From the NCBI GenBank assembly GCA_046045965.1, contig JBJOKS010000001.1:64001-128000 (forward strand): 64,000 nt of DNA. The letters are read 5' to 3'. This document shows, piece after piece, positions 42,641 to 52,797 of the stretch (its first letter is position 1; each line of letters begins with the position of its first letter). The position numbers and the translations under genes are program-made. This stretch comes from Cyanobacteriota bacterium. GTDB lineage: Bacteria; Cyanobacteriota; Cyanobacteriia; Cyanobacteriales; Nostocaceae. Under the pieces are notes generated by a model. It was given only the letters and a program-made list of their open reading frames with translations. It ran no database searches and had not been told where the DNA came from.

Positions 42641-43891
42641 ATGAAAATAATGCTAAAACAAATTTGTCAATCTAGCTTTTTAGCTCTGGCTTTAGTTCCA
42701 TTATTACTTAACTTCAATGCAGAAATCGCTGATGCCGCACCTGCAATTTATGAAGATGAACTCACAACTACCCGCGGGCTAAGATGGGGCGCTCCAGGAT
42801 TACCTTATAACGAAGCTGCTGATATTAAAGACAGTCTGGTAGATACAGTATTAGGAAAAGTTGTACCAGATCGTCATGGTATTGGTGCTAGTAGTTTAGG
42901 ACTTTTTGGTCCATTTCAAGGTCCACAATATGGCAGATTGGTATTTGTTTCCTTGTGGGGGAGTAAGATTGAAGGATGTTTTGTAGAAATGATTATTCAA
43001 TATTCTCCTAGTGATGGCCAAGCTAATGCCAATGAGATAGTTCCTAAATTGTTAGAAGTGGGAATTGGTTCACAGGCGATCGCATTACCTCCACAAGCAA
43101 ATACACAAAAAAGTTTCAGCCAAGGTTATTCTTACGAGATTGAAAGAGAGAAAAGGAAATATATCGTCAATAGCACTTGGTACATGACGCGTAATACATT
43201 TGCGCTCGATTCTAATATTGCGAGCATTCTCAGCAATGCACCAGTAAAACAGACTCGCGCTCGTCTAACCCTTGCTAATGGTGAGACGATGATTATCCCT
43301 ATAGGAGAAGGGACAGTCAAAAAGTGGAAGGAAGCATATAGTTTTAATCCCTATTGTACTAATTTAAATCAACCCCAACCTCAACAGCCGTCCACAACTC
43401 CACCGGTAAGTACACCATCAAAATTACCCTCTAAACCAGCTGCAAAACCGTCGCAGAGGTCTTCTAATCCTCAAAAAATGGCTGGTGGAAAAAAACCACC
43501 TGCTACTCAGTCACCTGCTCCTACACAACGCACAGTGGGAAATGTGGCTTTAGCAGCGACACAAACTTTAGATAATGTGTTGATTCAACTAGATGGAGCG
43601 AATGTAGATTCTTTAGGTAACTTCACTGCTAATTTGATTATTGAAAATCGCAGTCCTTATTTATTTGGCTTTGTGCCAGTATTTGCTAGAGTATATGATG
43701 CTAATGGACAAAGGGTATCTGCACGGATTTCTTTTAATCCTGGAGAAGATGCAACTATCGCACCTGGAGTTATACAAAAAGGCAAATTATCGATATTTGG
43801 ACAAAAGTGGCAAGAAACTGGCTCTCAAAATTTAATTTTGGAAATTCGGGAAAATTCAACTAGGGGTAGACTTTTTCGAGTTCCATTTTAA
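42641..43891 (+). CDS. Secreted two-domain hypothetical protein with Pro-rich linker
   Basis: Signal peptide (ADA-A), GAGGT RBS, beta-rich Ig-like C-terminal domain. Confidence 0.78.
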   Translation: MKIMLKQICQSSFLALALVPLLLNFNAEIADAAPAIYEDELTTTRGLRWGAPGLPYNEAADIKDSLVDTVLGKVVPDRHGIGASSLGLFGPFQGPQYGRLVFVSLWGSKIEGCFVEMIIQYSPSDGQANANEIVPKLLEVGIGSQAIALPPQANTQKSFSQGYSYEIEREKRKYIVNSTWYMTRNTFALDSNIASILSNAPVKQTRARLTLANGETMIIPIGEGTVKKWKEAYSFNPYCTNLNQPQPQQPSTTPPVSTPSKLPSKPAAKPSQRSSNPQKMAGGKKPPATQSPAPTQRTVGNVALAATQTLDNVLIQLDGANVDSLGNFTANLIIENRSPYLFGFVPVFARVYDANGQRVSARISFNPGEDATIAPGVIQKGKLSIFGQKWQETGSQNLILEIRENSTRGRLFRVPF

Positions 43892-44162
43892 AACTAAGTA
43901 GAGGCAGATATTAGAGCTTGTTGAGAATTTTCATCTTAATTCTTAATTTAAAAGCAAGGTTTTTGGTATCTAAAAAACAACTAGAATAAAAGTCAAAGGC
44001 GAGTTGATTTTCATAATCAGCTTCAAGACCAAAGGTAAAGTCAAGACGTAATCCCAGGTTTTGAGGATTTAAAGAAATACCAACTAAATCAGCACTTTTT
44101 AAATCTTCAAGAAAATATGATATCATAATATCATTGTTAATGGATTGAAAAATTGAAAAGAT

Positions 44163-44381
44163 ATGATAGAACAAGAACTGCTCAACCGTATTTTCATAGA
44201 TCCAAAAGTAATGGTAGGAAAACCTACTATTAAAAGTACAAGATTAACTGTTGAATATATACTTAATCTTCTGGCACACGGTGCAACAGTCGCAGAAATT
44301 ATAGAAGAATATGAAGGTTTAGTAGAAGCTGACATTCGAGCTTGTTTAGAATTTGCTGCTGTAGGTGCTGTTGGATGGTAA
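44163..44381 (+). CDS. DUF433 protein
   Basis: DPKVMVGKPTIKSTRLTV...EEY.GL...DIRACL. Confidence 0.82.
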   Translation: MIEQELLNRIFIDPKVMVGKPTIKSTRLTVEYILNLLAHGATVAEIIEEYEGLVEADIRACLEFAAVGAVGW

Positions 44382-44424
44382 ATGTTAATATATAAATAGT
44401 CTAGTTAAACCTTAGTTAAACACC

Positions 44425-44712
44425 ATGACTAACATCAATCTTAATATACCTGAATCACTGCAAGACTTTATTACAGAACAAATTGCTGAAGGTGGTTATA
44501 ATTTAGTAAGTGAATATTTACAGCAGTTAATTATTCAAGAAGCAAGAAGAAAAAACAAAATAAATACAGCAACCTTTCTGATCACCGAGGAAGAGTTTGA
44601 ATCTACTTTAGATGAATTAGCCGAAAATTTTGCAGCCTGTGTTGGAGAAAATTCACCTATTTTGTCTGATTATGCTGTCAGTCGTGAAAGTATTTATGAA
44701 GATCATTTTTAA
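44425..44712 (+). CDS. RHH antitoxin-like protein
   Basis: ParD-like N-terminus (NIPESLQDFI..QI..GGY..VSEY) and C-terminal LSDYAVSRESIY. Confidence 0.65.
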   Translation: MTNINLNIPESLQDFITEQIAEGGYNLVSEYLQQLIIQEARRKNKINTATFLITEEEFESTLDELAENFAACVGENSPILSDYAVSRESIYEDHF

Positions 44713-44723
44713 AGATTAATAAC

Positions 44724-44978
44724 ATGGAATATTTAGTAGATACTGATAATAATAGTAGTAATATATTTGAAATTAGCTGTATAAAAGTTGGTTCTAAACA
44801 ACCTAAAATTAAATCAGATAAAAATAATTCTAGTAATTCTCAATTAAAGCAGCGTAATAAGAATAAAATTCAGATAGAAAAAGTGGATAAATTACGGTAT
44901 TTTGGTTTAAGTGATGAGCAAATTGCAGAGGCGCTAGATTTACCTTTGGAGGTTGTCAAGCAGGTAGACTCGGAATAA
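44724..44978 (+). pseudogene. Chimeric remnant (PIN-like start fused to an Rpn-like C-terminus)
   Basis: Begins MEYLVDT and ends GLSDEQIAEALDLPLEVVKQ. Confidence 0.4.
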
Positions 44979-45073
44979 TCAAGCTTTTAATTTTTACGGT
45001 AATTTTATCTTTTGCATTTTTCTACTTTACACAATCAATGTTATAATAACACTAATTGTTAAGTATCTTGTTT

Positions 45074-45358
45074 ATGAGCCAAATTCTAACTCTAGAACTG
45101 AGTGATAAAATAGCGATCGCTATTCAGCAACAAGCTAATAATGTCGGTATTTCTCCAGAAAGTTTAGCAACAGCATTGCTAGAACAACATTTTAGTCAAC
45201 TTTTGGTAGTACCTACAGATGCACAAAAAGAATTAGCACGGGCAAAATTTGAGCATCATTTTGGCACACTCAATATTAATGATAGTCACAATATTGATAA
45301 TGAAAGCATTGATGCAGATTTAGCTAAAGAATATGCTAATAACCACGAGGAGGATTAA
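45074..45358 (+). CDS. Putative antitoxin
   Basis: DNESIDADLAKEY C-terminus; TAATG overlap with the PIN gene. Confidence 0.7.
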   Translation: MSQILTLELSDKIAIAIQQQANNVGISPESLATALLEQHFSQLLVVPTDAQKELARAKFEHHFGTLNINDSHNIDNESIDADLAKEYANNHEED

Positions 45359-45759
45359 TGCTCATTGATACCTCCGGGTTACTTTGTTTACATTATCCAA
45401 CTGAGCCACTTCATAGTCTAGCTTGTACTGCATACAAAAAGGCTACAGTTAGACTAACTCACAGTTACATCATTGCTGAATATGTTGCTTTAGCAAATGC
45501 CAGACGCTTTCCTCGCTCATCTATACTTGCTTTTGTTATTGACTTATTGGATAACCCAGATATTGAAACGGTTTGGATTAATGAATCATTGTATAGAAAA
45601 GCAATTGATCTATTGATGATAAGGCAAGATAAAAGTTACTCTTTATGCGACTCTATCAGCTTTGTACTGATGCGTGAACGAGGTATTAATGAAGCTTTGA
45701 CAACAGATAAACACTTTGAGCAAGAAGCTTTTATTCGCTTACTGCATCCTGAATCATAA
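45358..45759 (+). CDS. vapC: VapC/PIN-domain toxin
   Basis: LIDTSG, SLCDSISFVLM and LTTDKHF. Confidence 0.87.
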   Translation: MLIDTSGLLCLHYPTEPLHSLACTAYKKATVRLTHSYIIAEYVALANARRFPRSSILAFVIDLLDNPDIETVWINESLYRKAIDLLMIRQDKSYSLCDSISFVLMRERGINEALTTDKHFEQEAFIRLLHPES

Positions 45760-45792
45760 TAAACATATTCATTATTTTAACATATCATAATA

Positions 45793-46329
45793 TCATCTTT
45801 GCTGAGTCATTGCCATCACATTTGTAACAGTTAATTCTAAAATATTATCCAGGCTAGGGAGTATATCATTATCAGCATAAATAAGTGGTAATTCTTGATT
45901 TTCCCACACCCAAATTTGCTTTCTTTGAATATCAATTAACCAAGCAAGTTTTGTCTCATTACTCAAACAATGCAGGATTTTGTATTGTATATCTAAGGTA
46001 CTTTGATCAGGAGAACGAATTTCAATTAACCAGTCTGGTGAACCTTGTAGGGGTCCATCTTCATTAGAAAGACGCGCACTTTTAACAACTGCAATATCAG
46101 GTACAGGAGACATAGGAGGTACAATACACCGCAATTCTTGAATAGCTTCGTAGGCGGTAGTTTGGCTGTTGATGGCGTTAACAAGGTTACGTTGGAGGCG
46201 GGAATGAAACAGCGTTGGCATGGGTTTTTGCTGGGCTTTTCCCTGGATAAACTCCCAAGCAGGAGAGGCTTCAATATTGGGTTGTTGAAGAAAATTGTCT
46301 AATGGGTTGGTGAGGGTAGTAAATTGCAT
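45793..46329 (-). CDS. Uma2-family endonuclease
   Basis: VPDIAV, PDWLIEIRSPDQ and WLID. Confidence 0.88.
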   Translation of the reverse strand: MQFTTLTNPLDNFLQQPNIEASPAWEFIQGKAQQKPMPTLFHSRLQRNLVNAINSQTTAYEAIQELRCIVPPMSPVPDIAVVKSARLSNEDGPLQGSPDWLIEIRSPDQSTLDIQYKILHCLSNETKLAWLIDIQRKQIWVWENQELPLIYADNDILPSLDNILELTVTNVMAMTQQR

Positions 46330-46418
46330 AGTTGCTGTTATTTATTATTCACATTTTTGGGTATTTCAGTAAATTCAATCTTTCCTTTTCAATAAATTTA
46401 AAATGGAATATTCTCATC

Positions 46419-46457
46419 CTGTAAATCCTTTAATCCTGGACATCCTGATTCAGACAA
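46419..46457. repeat. Small dispersed repeat with ATCCTG subunits
   Basis: ATCCTGTAAATCCTTTAATCCTGGACATCCTGATTCAGACA. Confidence 0.5.
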
Positions 46458-46652
46458 AAATTATAACACAAGATAACTCAATAACATCCATCTCCCTATA
46501 TTTCTATTTTGTATTCCCCCATACAGAAAACGAAATCCTAAAACAAAATAAAGAAATCGGTTTTTCGACTACCAAAACTCTACACTAATAATAGTAACAG
46601 CAAATACATAAAACCTATTTTTCCTGTCATTAGCACAACTTTTTTCGACAAA

Positions 46653-46850
46653 TGAGTACAACTTAATATATCTCAAAATATCTTGCTTAAATCGCTGCAA
46701 AGTCTCACATACCAATAGATTATCTTGAGTACAAAAAAGCTCAAACCCTACCCTAAAAATACCCGTACCCCGATCATAAAACACTAGAACCCCTAACCCC
46801 ACAGAAAATGTAAACTTCTGTTAAATAGGGGTTTAAACCTATTGAGTACA
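46653..46850 (+). promoter_or_regulatory. nifP upstream region with three TGAGTACA motifs (putative CnfR sites)
   Basis: TGAGTACA at 46653, 46726 and 46843; shared box at about 46757-46799. Confidence 0.7.
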
Positions 46851-46959
46851 ATCTTAATAAATTCAATATATCTAATCGGTATCTGTGGTTTTGTCTGCTT
46901 TCAAGTCACCTGATATAAGCAGAAAAACACAACATGGCTCTTTTAACCAGACAGTACCG

Positions 46960-47688
46960 ATGCAACAGTCTCTAGACAGTATTAAAACCCAAACTGCAAA
47001 TACAGACTCGCAGAAAAATCAACGTTCTGGCGGTTTTTTTGAGCCATTAATGAGTGATTTTCGCATCATATTTGAGCGTGATCCAGCCGCACGTAATTGG
47101 TTGGAGGTTATATTTTGTTATCCTGGTTTTCATGCTCTTTGTTTACATCGTCTCGCACACTGGTTACACATTCGTAAAGTGGGTTTTATTCCCCGTTTAA
47201 TTTCTCATTTGGGACGATTTTTTACAGGTATTGAAATTCACCCAGGTGCAAAAATTGGTAAAGGTGTATTTATCGATCATGGTATGGGAGTTGTCATTGG
47301 TGAAACTGCCATTGTCGGCGATTATACGCTTATTTATCAAGGTGTAACTCTCGGTGGAACTGGGAAAGAAAGCGGTAAACGTCATCCTACTTTGGGTAAT
47401 AACGTTGTTGTGGGTGCGGGTGCGAAAGTGTTGGGAAATATTCAAATTAGCGATCGCGTGCGGATCGGTGCAGGTTCAATTGTCTTGCGTGATGTTCCTC
47501 CAGATTCTACCGTGGTTGGTATTCCTGGCCGCATTATTTCCCAAAAACAGAAAAAACGCATTTCTCCTTTAGAACATGGAAAACTACCCGATGTGGAAGC
47601 TGGTATAATTCGTTCTTTACTTTCCCGAATTGAAGAACTTGAAAAACAAGTTCAAACTCTCAAAAATCATCACCAAAATGATGAATGA
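46960..47688 (+). CDS. cysE: Serine O-acetyltransferase (NifP/CysE)
   Basis: [31 protein letters not shown] and GKRHPT. Confidence 0.93.
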   Translation: MQQSLDSIKTQTANTDSQKNQRSGGFFEPLMSDFRIIFERDPAARNWLEVIFCYPGFHALCLHRLAHWLHIRKVGFIPRLISHLGRFFTGIEIHPGAKIGKGVFIDHGMGVVIGETAIVGDYTLIYQGVTLGGTGKESGKRHPTLGNNVVVGAGAKVLGNIQISDRVRIGAGSIVLRDVPPDSTVVGIPGRIISQKQKKRISPLEHGKLPDVEAGIIRSLLSRIEELEKQVQTLKNHHQNDE

Positions 47689-47727
47689 TTCAATCTGTAA
47701 ACTTTGCCTATCAACGTGCAGTTATTT

Positions 47728-47985
47728 ATGTCACTTGATGATAACTTTTTCGCTTTAGGTGAACAATTTTTGGAAGTTCCTTTGAGCGATCGCTCAGAAA
47801 TTTTTCACCGCTTGCAAGAGTTAATGATTATCTGTACTTATGAACCGGATGGTTCTTTAAGAGTGCAAGTCAATAGCTTCAAAGAAGCAGTTCTTATTCA
47901 AAGTACAGTCATGCAATTTTTAGGTTCTCGTGAGGAATTAGTAGAATGGCTAGAAACTTGTTGGTATTGCGGTCATAATCACTAA
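47728..47985 (+). CDS. Asr1405-like hypothetical protein
   Basis: R..IFHRLQELMI.C...SREELVEWLETCW; nifP-nifV synteny. Confidence 0.7.
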   Translation: MSLDDNFFALGEQFLEVPLSDRSEIFHRLQELMIICTYEPDGSLRVQVNSFKEAVLIQSTVMQFLGSREELVEWLETCWYCGHNH

Positions 47986-48279
47986 TTTCCCAAATGGATG
48001 TGAGTGATACAATTCAAGACTTATCTCAGGTTTAATCACCACAATATCAGAAGTAAGTTCATGATGCAACAATGATTTATCTTCTGTAATAGTCAAAGTT
48101 ATTGTTCACTCACAATTTAGCTTGCAAAATCACTAAAATTAACCTAAGCTTAGGTTTCGCTCACTTTGCTCAATCTGCTAAATCTCAATTTTCTCTGACA
48201 TATTTCATGCTTTAAAAGAGTCTAATTAGCAGGTAAATATGGCGTATTTTGTTTATTGTGATATTTTCAACTTCAAATT

Positions 48280-48477
48280 ATGGTACATCGGAACAGCGAA
48301 AAGAAATTATTGCATTTTTTGCATAGTGAACTGGAACTTTCCAAAGCGGATATTGCTGTTGCTTTGCGACATCGTGAATTTGATAAAGGACCCATTCCCA
48401 TGCTGCTTTGGCAGTATGGTTTGATAGATTTACAACAGTTAGAAAAGATTTTTGATTGGTTAGCAGAACAGACTTAA
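48280..48477 (+). CDS. DUF2949 protein
   Basis: PMLLWQYGLI.LQQLEKIFDWL. Confidence 0.82.
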   Translation: MVHRNSEKKLLHFLHSELELSKADIAVALRHREFDKGPIPMLLWQYGLIDLQQLEKIFDWLAEQT

Positions 48478-48575
48478 TCAATTAAAAATTAAAAATTAAA
48501 AATTAAAAATTATCAGGACATTTTACAAGTATTCTGACTCCTGACTCCTGAATTCTTAATTATGAGGTAAAAACT

Positions 48576-48695
48576 ATGATTGCTAGTTTAATTGCTGGAC
48601 TGAGTATTTTATTACTTACAGGATTGACTAATAGCTATATTAGTTACTGGCTATTTATGGAGCGTCCAAATCATGACAGAAAAAAATCTTCATAA
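48576..48695 (+). CDS. 39-aa single-pass membrane peptide (below the ORF-track cutoff)
   Basis: GAGGT RBS; MIASLIAGLSILLLTGLTNSYISYWLFMERPNHDRKKSS*. Confidence 0.5.
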   Translation: MIASLIAGLSILLLTGLTNSYISYWLFMERPNHDRKKSS

Positions 48696-48897
48696 ATTAT
48701 ACCAAAATTTGGTTTTCTATCATACAGATGTGCTGTGAGTTATTGAGCAATAATTAAATATTAGAAACTGTGTTTAATAACTTGTTCTATTTTTAGCAGT
48801 TATCTAGAAATTTTTAATGTTTTTTTTATATTTATGAGAGCCAGGAATTGTAGCGTTAAATGGTATTAGTAAAAACTCGGCTAGAGGGATATTTGAG

Positions 48898-50031
48898 ATG
48901 AATCAAATTAGTATTAATGATACTACGTTACGTGATGGTGAACAGGCTGCGGGTGTTGCTTTTAACCTAGAAGAAAAAGTGGCGATCGCCAAATTTTTAG
49001 ATACCATTGGTGTTCCCGAATTAGAAGTTGGTATACCGGCAATGGGAGAAGAAGAAATCCATGCCATTCAAGCAATTGCTGATTTAAATTTAGACGCTAA
49101 ATTATTAGCTTGGAACCGCGCTGTTATCTCAGATATTAAAGCCTCCATAGCTTGTGGACTAGAAAGAGTACATATTGCTATTCCCGTTTCTGGTATCCAA
49201 ATTGCTGCTAAATTTCATGGTCAATGGAGAGTAAGTTTACAAAGACTGAAAGACTGTATCAACTTCGCTGTTGATCATGGTCTTTGGGTCGCAGTAGGAG
49301 GAGAAGATTCTTCTAGAGCAGATGAAAACTTCCTCGAAGATGTTGCATTATACGCTCAAGAATGGGGTGCGTCAAGATTTCGTTTTTGTGATACAGTTGG
49401 AGTTCTTGATCCCTTTGGAACTCACCTAAAAGTTAAGCGATTAGTATCTACTTTATCAATTCCTGTCGAGATTCACACTCATAATGATTTTGGACTAGCA
49501 ACTGCTAACGCTATTGCTGGTATTAAAGCTGGAGCAGTTTCTGTAAATACCACCGTTAATGGTTTAGGTGAAAGAGCAGGAAATGCAGCTTTAGAAGAAG
49601 TTGTCATGGCCATAAAATGTATCTACGGTGTTGATTTAGGAATTGATACTCGACACTTATTAGGACTATCTCAATTAGTTGCTGCTGCTTCCGGTGCAAA
49701 CGTGCCACCTTGGAAAGCAATTGTTGGTAAAAATACCTTTGCTCACGAGTCAGGAATTCATGCTGATGGTGTACTAAAAAACCCCGAAACCTATGAACCA
49801 TTTTCACCAGAAGAAGTAGGTTGGGAACGTAGTTTAGTAATAGGTAAACACTCTGGAAGGCATTTAGTATCTAACTTATTAGCACAGTATGGCATCTTTT
49901 TGAATTCCGAAGAAACTCAATCTATTTTAGATGCAGTACGTCAAGAATCAACACTAAAAAAACGCAGTCTCACCACAGAAGAATTGTTGAATTTAGTAAG
50001 TGAACAGAGGTATTCCCATGCAGCGCGATGA
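48898..50031 (+). CDS. nifV: Homocitrate synthase
   Basis: [23 protein letters not shown] and HESGIH. Confidence 0.95.
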   Translation: MNQISINDTTLRDGEQAAGVAFNLEEKVAIAKFLDTIGVPELEVGIPAMGEEEIHAIQAIADLNLDAKLLAWNRAVISDIKASIACGLERVHIAIPVSGIQIAAKFHGQWRVSLQRLKDCINFAVDHGLWVAVGGEDSSRADENFLEDVALYAQEWGASRFRFCDTVGVLDPFGTHLKVKRLVSTLSIPVEIHTHNDFGLATANAIAGIKAGAVSVNTTVNGLGERAGNAALEEVVMAIKCIYGVDLGIDTRHLLGLSQLVAAASGANVPPWKAIVGKNTFAHESGIHADGVLKNPETYEPFSPEEVGWERSLVIGKHSGRHLVSNLLAQYGIFLNSEETQSILDAVRQESTLKKRSLTTEELLNLVSEQRYSHAAR

Positions 50032-50305
50032 AATAGAACTTAACTCTCAACCAGTTTTTGAAATTGGTGAAAAAGTCCGAGTTAAGAAACTCATCAAAAA
50101 CGATGGTACTTTTCCAGGTCGAGAAATTGGAGAAGTTTTAGCAAGAATTGGAGACGTTGGTTACGTATCCAGCATAGGAACTTTTCTACAAGCTTACTAT
50201 ATCTATGCTGTGCATTTTTTAGATACAGGGTACATCATCGGTTGTCGAAAAAGAGAACTAGAATCTGCTGAGGAAACACATGAAAGTAATGCTACGGATG
50301 AATGA
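50018..50305 (+). CDS. nifZ: NifZ
   Basis: IKNDGTFPG...GYV..IGTFLQ...GCR.REL. Confidence 0.93.
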   Translation: MQRDEIELNSQPVFEIGEKVRVKKLIKNDGTFPGREIGEVLARIGDVGYVSSIGTFLQAYYIYAVHFLDTGYIIGCRKRELESAEETHESNATDE

Positions 50306-50483
50306 TGCTGGAACTTTGGTTGTCTACGTCGCTAAAAAAGACCTAGAAGAAGAAGTTGTTAAACAAACAGATAGTGATGCAGGTAAAGTTCTCACTTTAG
50401 CTAATGGTTGGGAATTAGAATTTAGTGAAATCCCAGCTAAGGAAAGTTTACCGCTAACTGTGGAAGCTAAACGCCTAGCTTAA
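50280..50483 (+). CDS. nifT: NifT/FixU
   Basis: MKVMLR, YVAKKDLEE and LANGW. Confidence 0.93.
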   Translation: MKVMLRMNDAGTLVVYVAKKDLEEEVVKQTDSDAGKVLTLANGWELEFSEIPAKESLPLTVEAKRLA

Positions 50484-50722
50484 AATTATCTAAGCATTCA
50501 GCATTCAGCGGTCAGTCATCAGCTAATGTCTAAAGGCTGTATATGACCTAATCCCGCATGGCTTTACAGCTTTCAAGGCTTAAATACAAAGAGTTAGAAA
50601 TAATGAATAACTTGTAATTTTCTGGAAATTCATACTTCTGAATTTTTGCCATTCCTGTTCTTAGCTGACTGCTGATGGCTGAATGCTGACATTATTTTCT
50701 ATGGGAAATTTGGGTTATCAAT

Positions 50723-51280
50723 ATGGGTGAAAAGTACCAGACCTTATCGGAATTGAATCTGGAAGGACAGTTTTTAGGTTTTGTTGGTAATAAATCGCAA
50801 AAATCTAAACATTTGCGGTTAGCAATTCCTTCAGGAAATGTGAAAATTAAAATACCTAAAGATTTACGCTGTTCTCTGGTTTCTGCTTTAGTACCTGGTG
50901 AACAAATTCGCGTTGATGCTATTAGTAAGTTAAACCCACGGACAAGTAAACTGAAACTCATAGCTTATGGAGTTCAAGCAGTTGGTTTTTGTCCGCTTCA
51001 TCATCAACTACCGGAAACTACAGCCAAGATTATGGTCTGTCAAAAATCTGGTTGTATGAAACGGGGTGGCAAAGGTTTATTATTAGAGTTAGAAAAAACT
51101 TTGTGCGATCGCGGTTTGTTAGATCAGGTAAAAATTGAACACACCGACTGTCAAAAACGTTGTAGCAGCGCCCCCAATTGTGTTTTGATGTTGGGTAAAA
51201 AGCAATACAAAAAAGTTCATCCAGAAGCGATCGCTTCTTTGTTAGAGAATCATTTATCAGGATATTTTAAAACTGAATAA
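50723..51280 (+). CDS. Thioredoxin-like (2Fe-2S) ferredoxin-domain protein
   Basis: VCQKSGC.KRG and CQKRC..APN; follows nifT. Confidence 0.8.
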   Translation: MGEKYQTLSELNLEGQFLGFVGNKSQKSKHLRLAIPSGNVKIKIPKDLRCSLVSALVPGEQIRVDAISKLNPRTSKLKLIAYGVQAVGFCPLHHQLPETTAKIMVCQKSGCMKRGGKGLLLELEKTLCDRGLLDQVKIEHTDCQKRCSSAPNCVLMLGKKQYKKVHPEAIASLLENHLSGYFKTE

Positions 51281-51503
51281 ATATTGTAACAATGCTCACA
51301 ATTTGTAATTTTAAAGTTGAAAAATATCAGCTTTAAAAGTTTTTCCGGAGATATCTAATCAAGGTTTGTACAAATGTTATATTAGAGGATATTTTTGAAA
51401 GGGTTTTTGCTATAAAAATTAGCACATTTTAGCATCTCTGTAATCGGTAGGAAATTGATTTTCAGTTGCATTTCACCCCAGCAATAAAAATGAAATCTAC
51501 CTT

Positions 51504-52706
51504 TTGGTACTTTATAAAAATCCTCTTAGTTCAATAATTAATAAATTGTATAAGAGTGTGAGGACTAGAACTTTGACCAAACGCCAATTTGCCAATGTAA
51601 TTTCCGCTAATTGGCTACTGTTGATTGGGATAAATCTCTTAGGTTTTCTGTTCCTATCTACATCTTTTGCCATTAAACCTTCATCGGCAATTGATAAATC
51701 AGTTTCTGATGCCGCCAGCAAGGAATTAGCGACTGATAAAAAAGCAACATCCACTGAAGAAATTAGCCAAGAATCCCAACAACTAGCTGTTGAACTTAAT
51801 CAACCTTTGATTCAGATCAAACAACCACAAACTATCAGCCAAAAGATAGATGCTTCTGGTAGTGTAGGTGATACCTTTGGTGAAGCCAAAAAACTTTTGC
51901 TGACTCAGCCTCAGACTATCACTCAACAGATAGATACCTCTGGTAGTACAGGTGATAAATTAGAAGATGTTAATCAATTACGCAAAGATTTATTAGTTGA
52001 ACCCCTTTTTCAAATAACTCCTCCACCCAAACGAACCTATCAACCTGGACTTAGCTTTGGCGCTCCCAGTGCTTTCGGGGCGGGTTGGGGTGACTTATTT
52101 CTAGCAGCATCAGGCGCTACAGCAGGTAAAAGTAGGGCTGGAAATCCAGACGCAAGTATGAGCGCAGGTTTTGGTATAGGAAATGCCCGGAAACTAATTG
52201 CTCTAGAATTTACCTTTAACAACGGTAGTATCAACAACTTCGGTTACAATGGCACTTTTGACTTCAAAGCTCACCGCGTTGTCTATGCTCAAGGCAACAC
52301 ACAAGTTGCTGTAGCTGGTGGCTGGAATGCCTTTGCCCAGTATGGTAATGAAGGTATTAGACCTTCCAGCGCCTATGGTGTACTCACAACATACTCTCTT
52401 TTACAGCCTAACAATCCTGTCAATCCCATGGCCATCTCCTTTTCTCTAGGAGCCGGTGGTGGCGACTTCCGACAAGGTACTGAGAGTACAGGCATATTTA
52501 CTGGCGTGGGTCTGCAAGTTCATCCCCAGGTAGGTATAGGTGTAGGTTGGAGTGGAGTCGGTTTAAATGCTGGGGTTTCCTTAGTCCCTGTGCCTACCAT
52601 TCCTTTAACAATTACTGCCCAAGGTGCTGACCTCACAGATAACAGTTTCGGTGGAACTATATTTGTTCTGACTGTCGGCTATGGTTTCAATTTCCTGCCT
52701 AGATAG
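51504..52706 (+). CDS. Putative outer-membrane beta-barrel protein (start uncertain)
   Basis: N-terminal hydrophobic segment, Gly-rich amphipathic strands, C-terminal VGYGFNF. Confidence 0.65.
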   Translation: MVLYKNPLSSIINKLYKSVRTRTLTKRQFANVISANWLLLIGINLLGFLFLSTSFAIKPSSAIDKSVSDAASKELATDKKATSTEEISQESQQLAVELNQPLIQIKQPQTISQKIDASGSVGDTFGEAKKLLLTQPQTITQQIDTSGSTGDKLEDVNQLRKDLLVEPLFQITPPPKRTYQPGLSFGAPSAFGAGWGDLFLAASGATAGKSRAGNPDASMSAGFGIGNARKLIALEFTFNNGSINNFGYNGTFDFKAHRVVYAQGNTQVAVAGGWNAFAQYGNEGIRPSSAYGVLTTYSLLQPNNPVNPMAISFSLGAGGGDFRQGTESTGIFTGVGLQVHPQVGIGVGWSGVGLNAGVSLVPVPTIPLTITAQGADLTDNSFGGTIFVLTVGYGFNFLPR

Positions 52707-52797
52707 GGCGGGTTGATAGCGTCGCTACTCCTCACGAAAAAACGTTTTCAGCCAACCCAAAATCAGCACTTCAATATTTACTATCTAGAGAATCACC

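Noticed and set aside
43911..44174. 87-aa minus-strand ORF at the island edge
   Set aside because: No recognisable motif and it overlaps the DUF433 start; may be a fragment but cannot be supported
29800..46650. A second developmentally excised element between nifB and nifP
   Set aside because: No recombinase gene, no interrupted ORF and no flanking direct repeat found by eye
51284..51299. NtcA-like site TGTA-N8-CACA
   Set aside because: One mismatch to GTA-N8-TAC and no clear properly spaced -10 box; too weak to call
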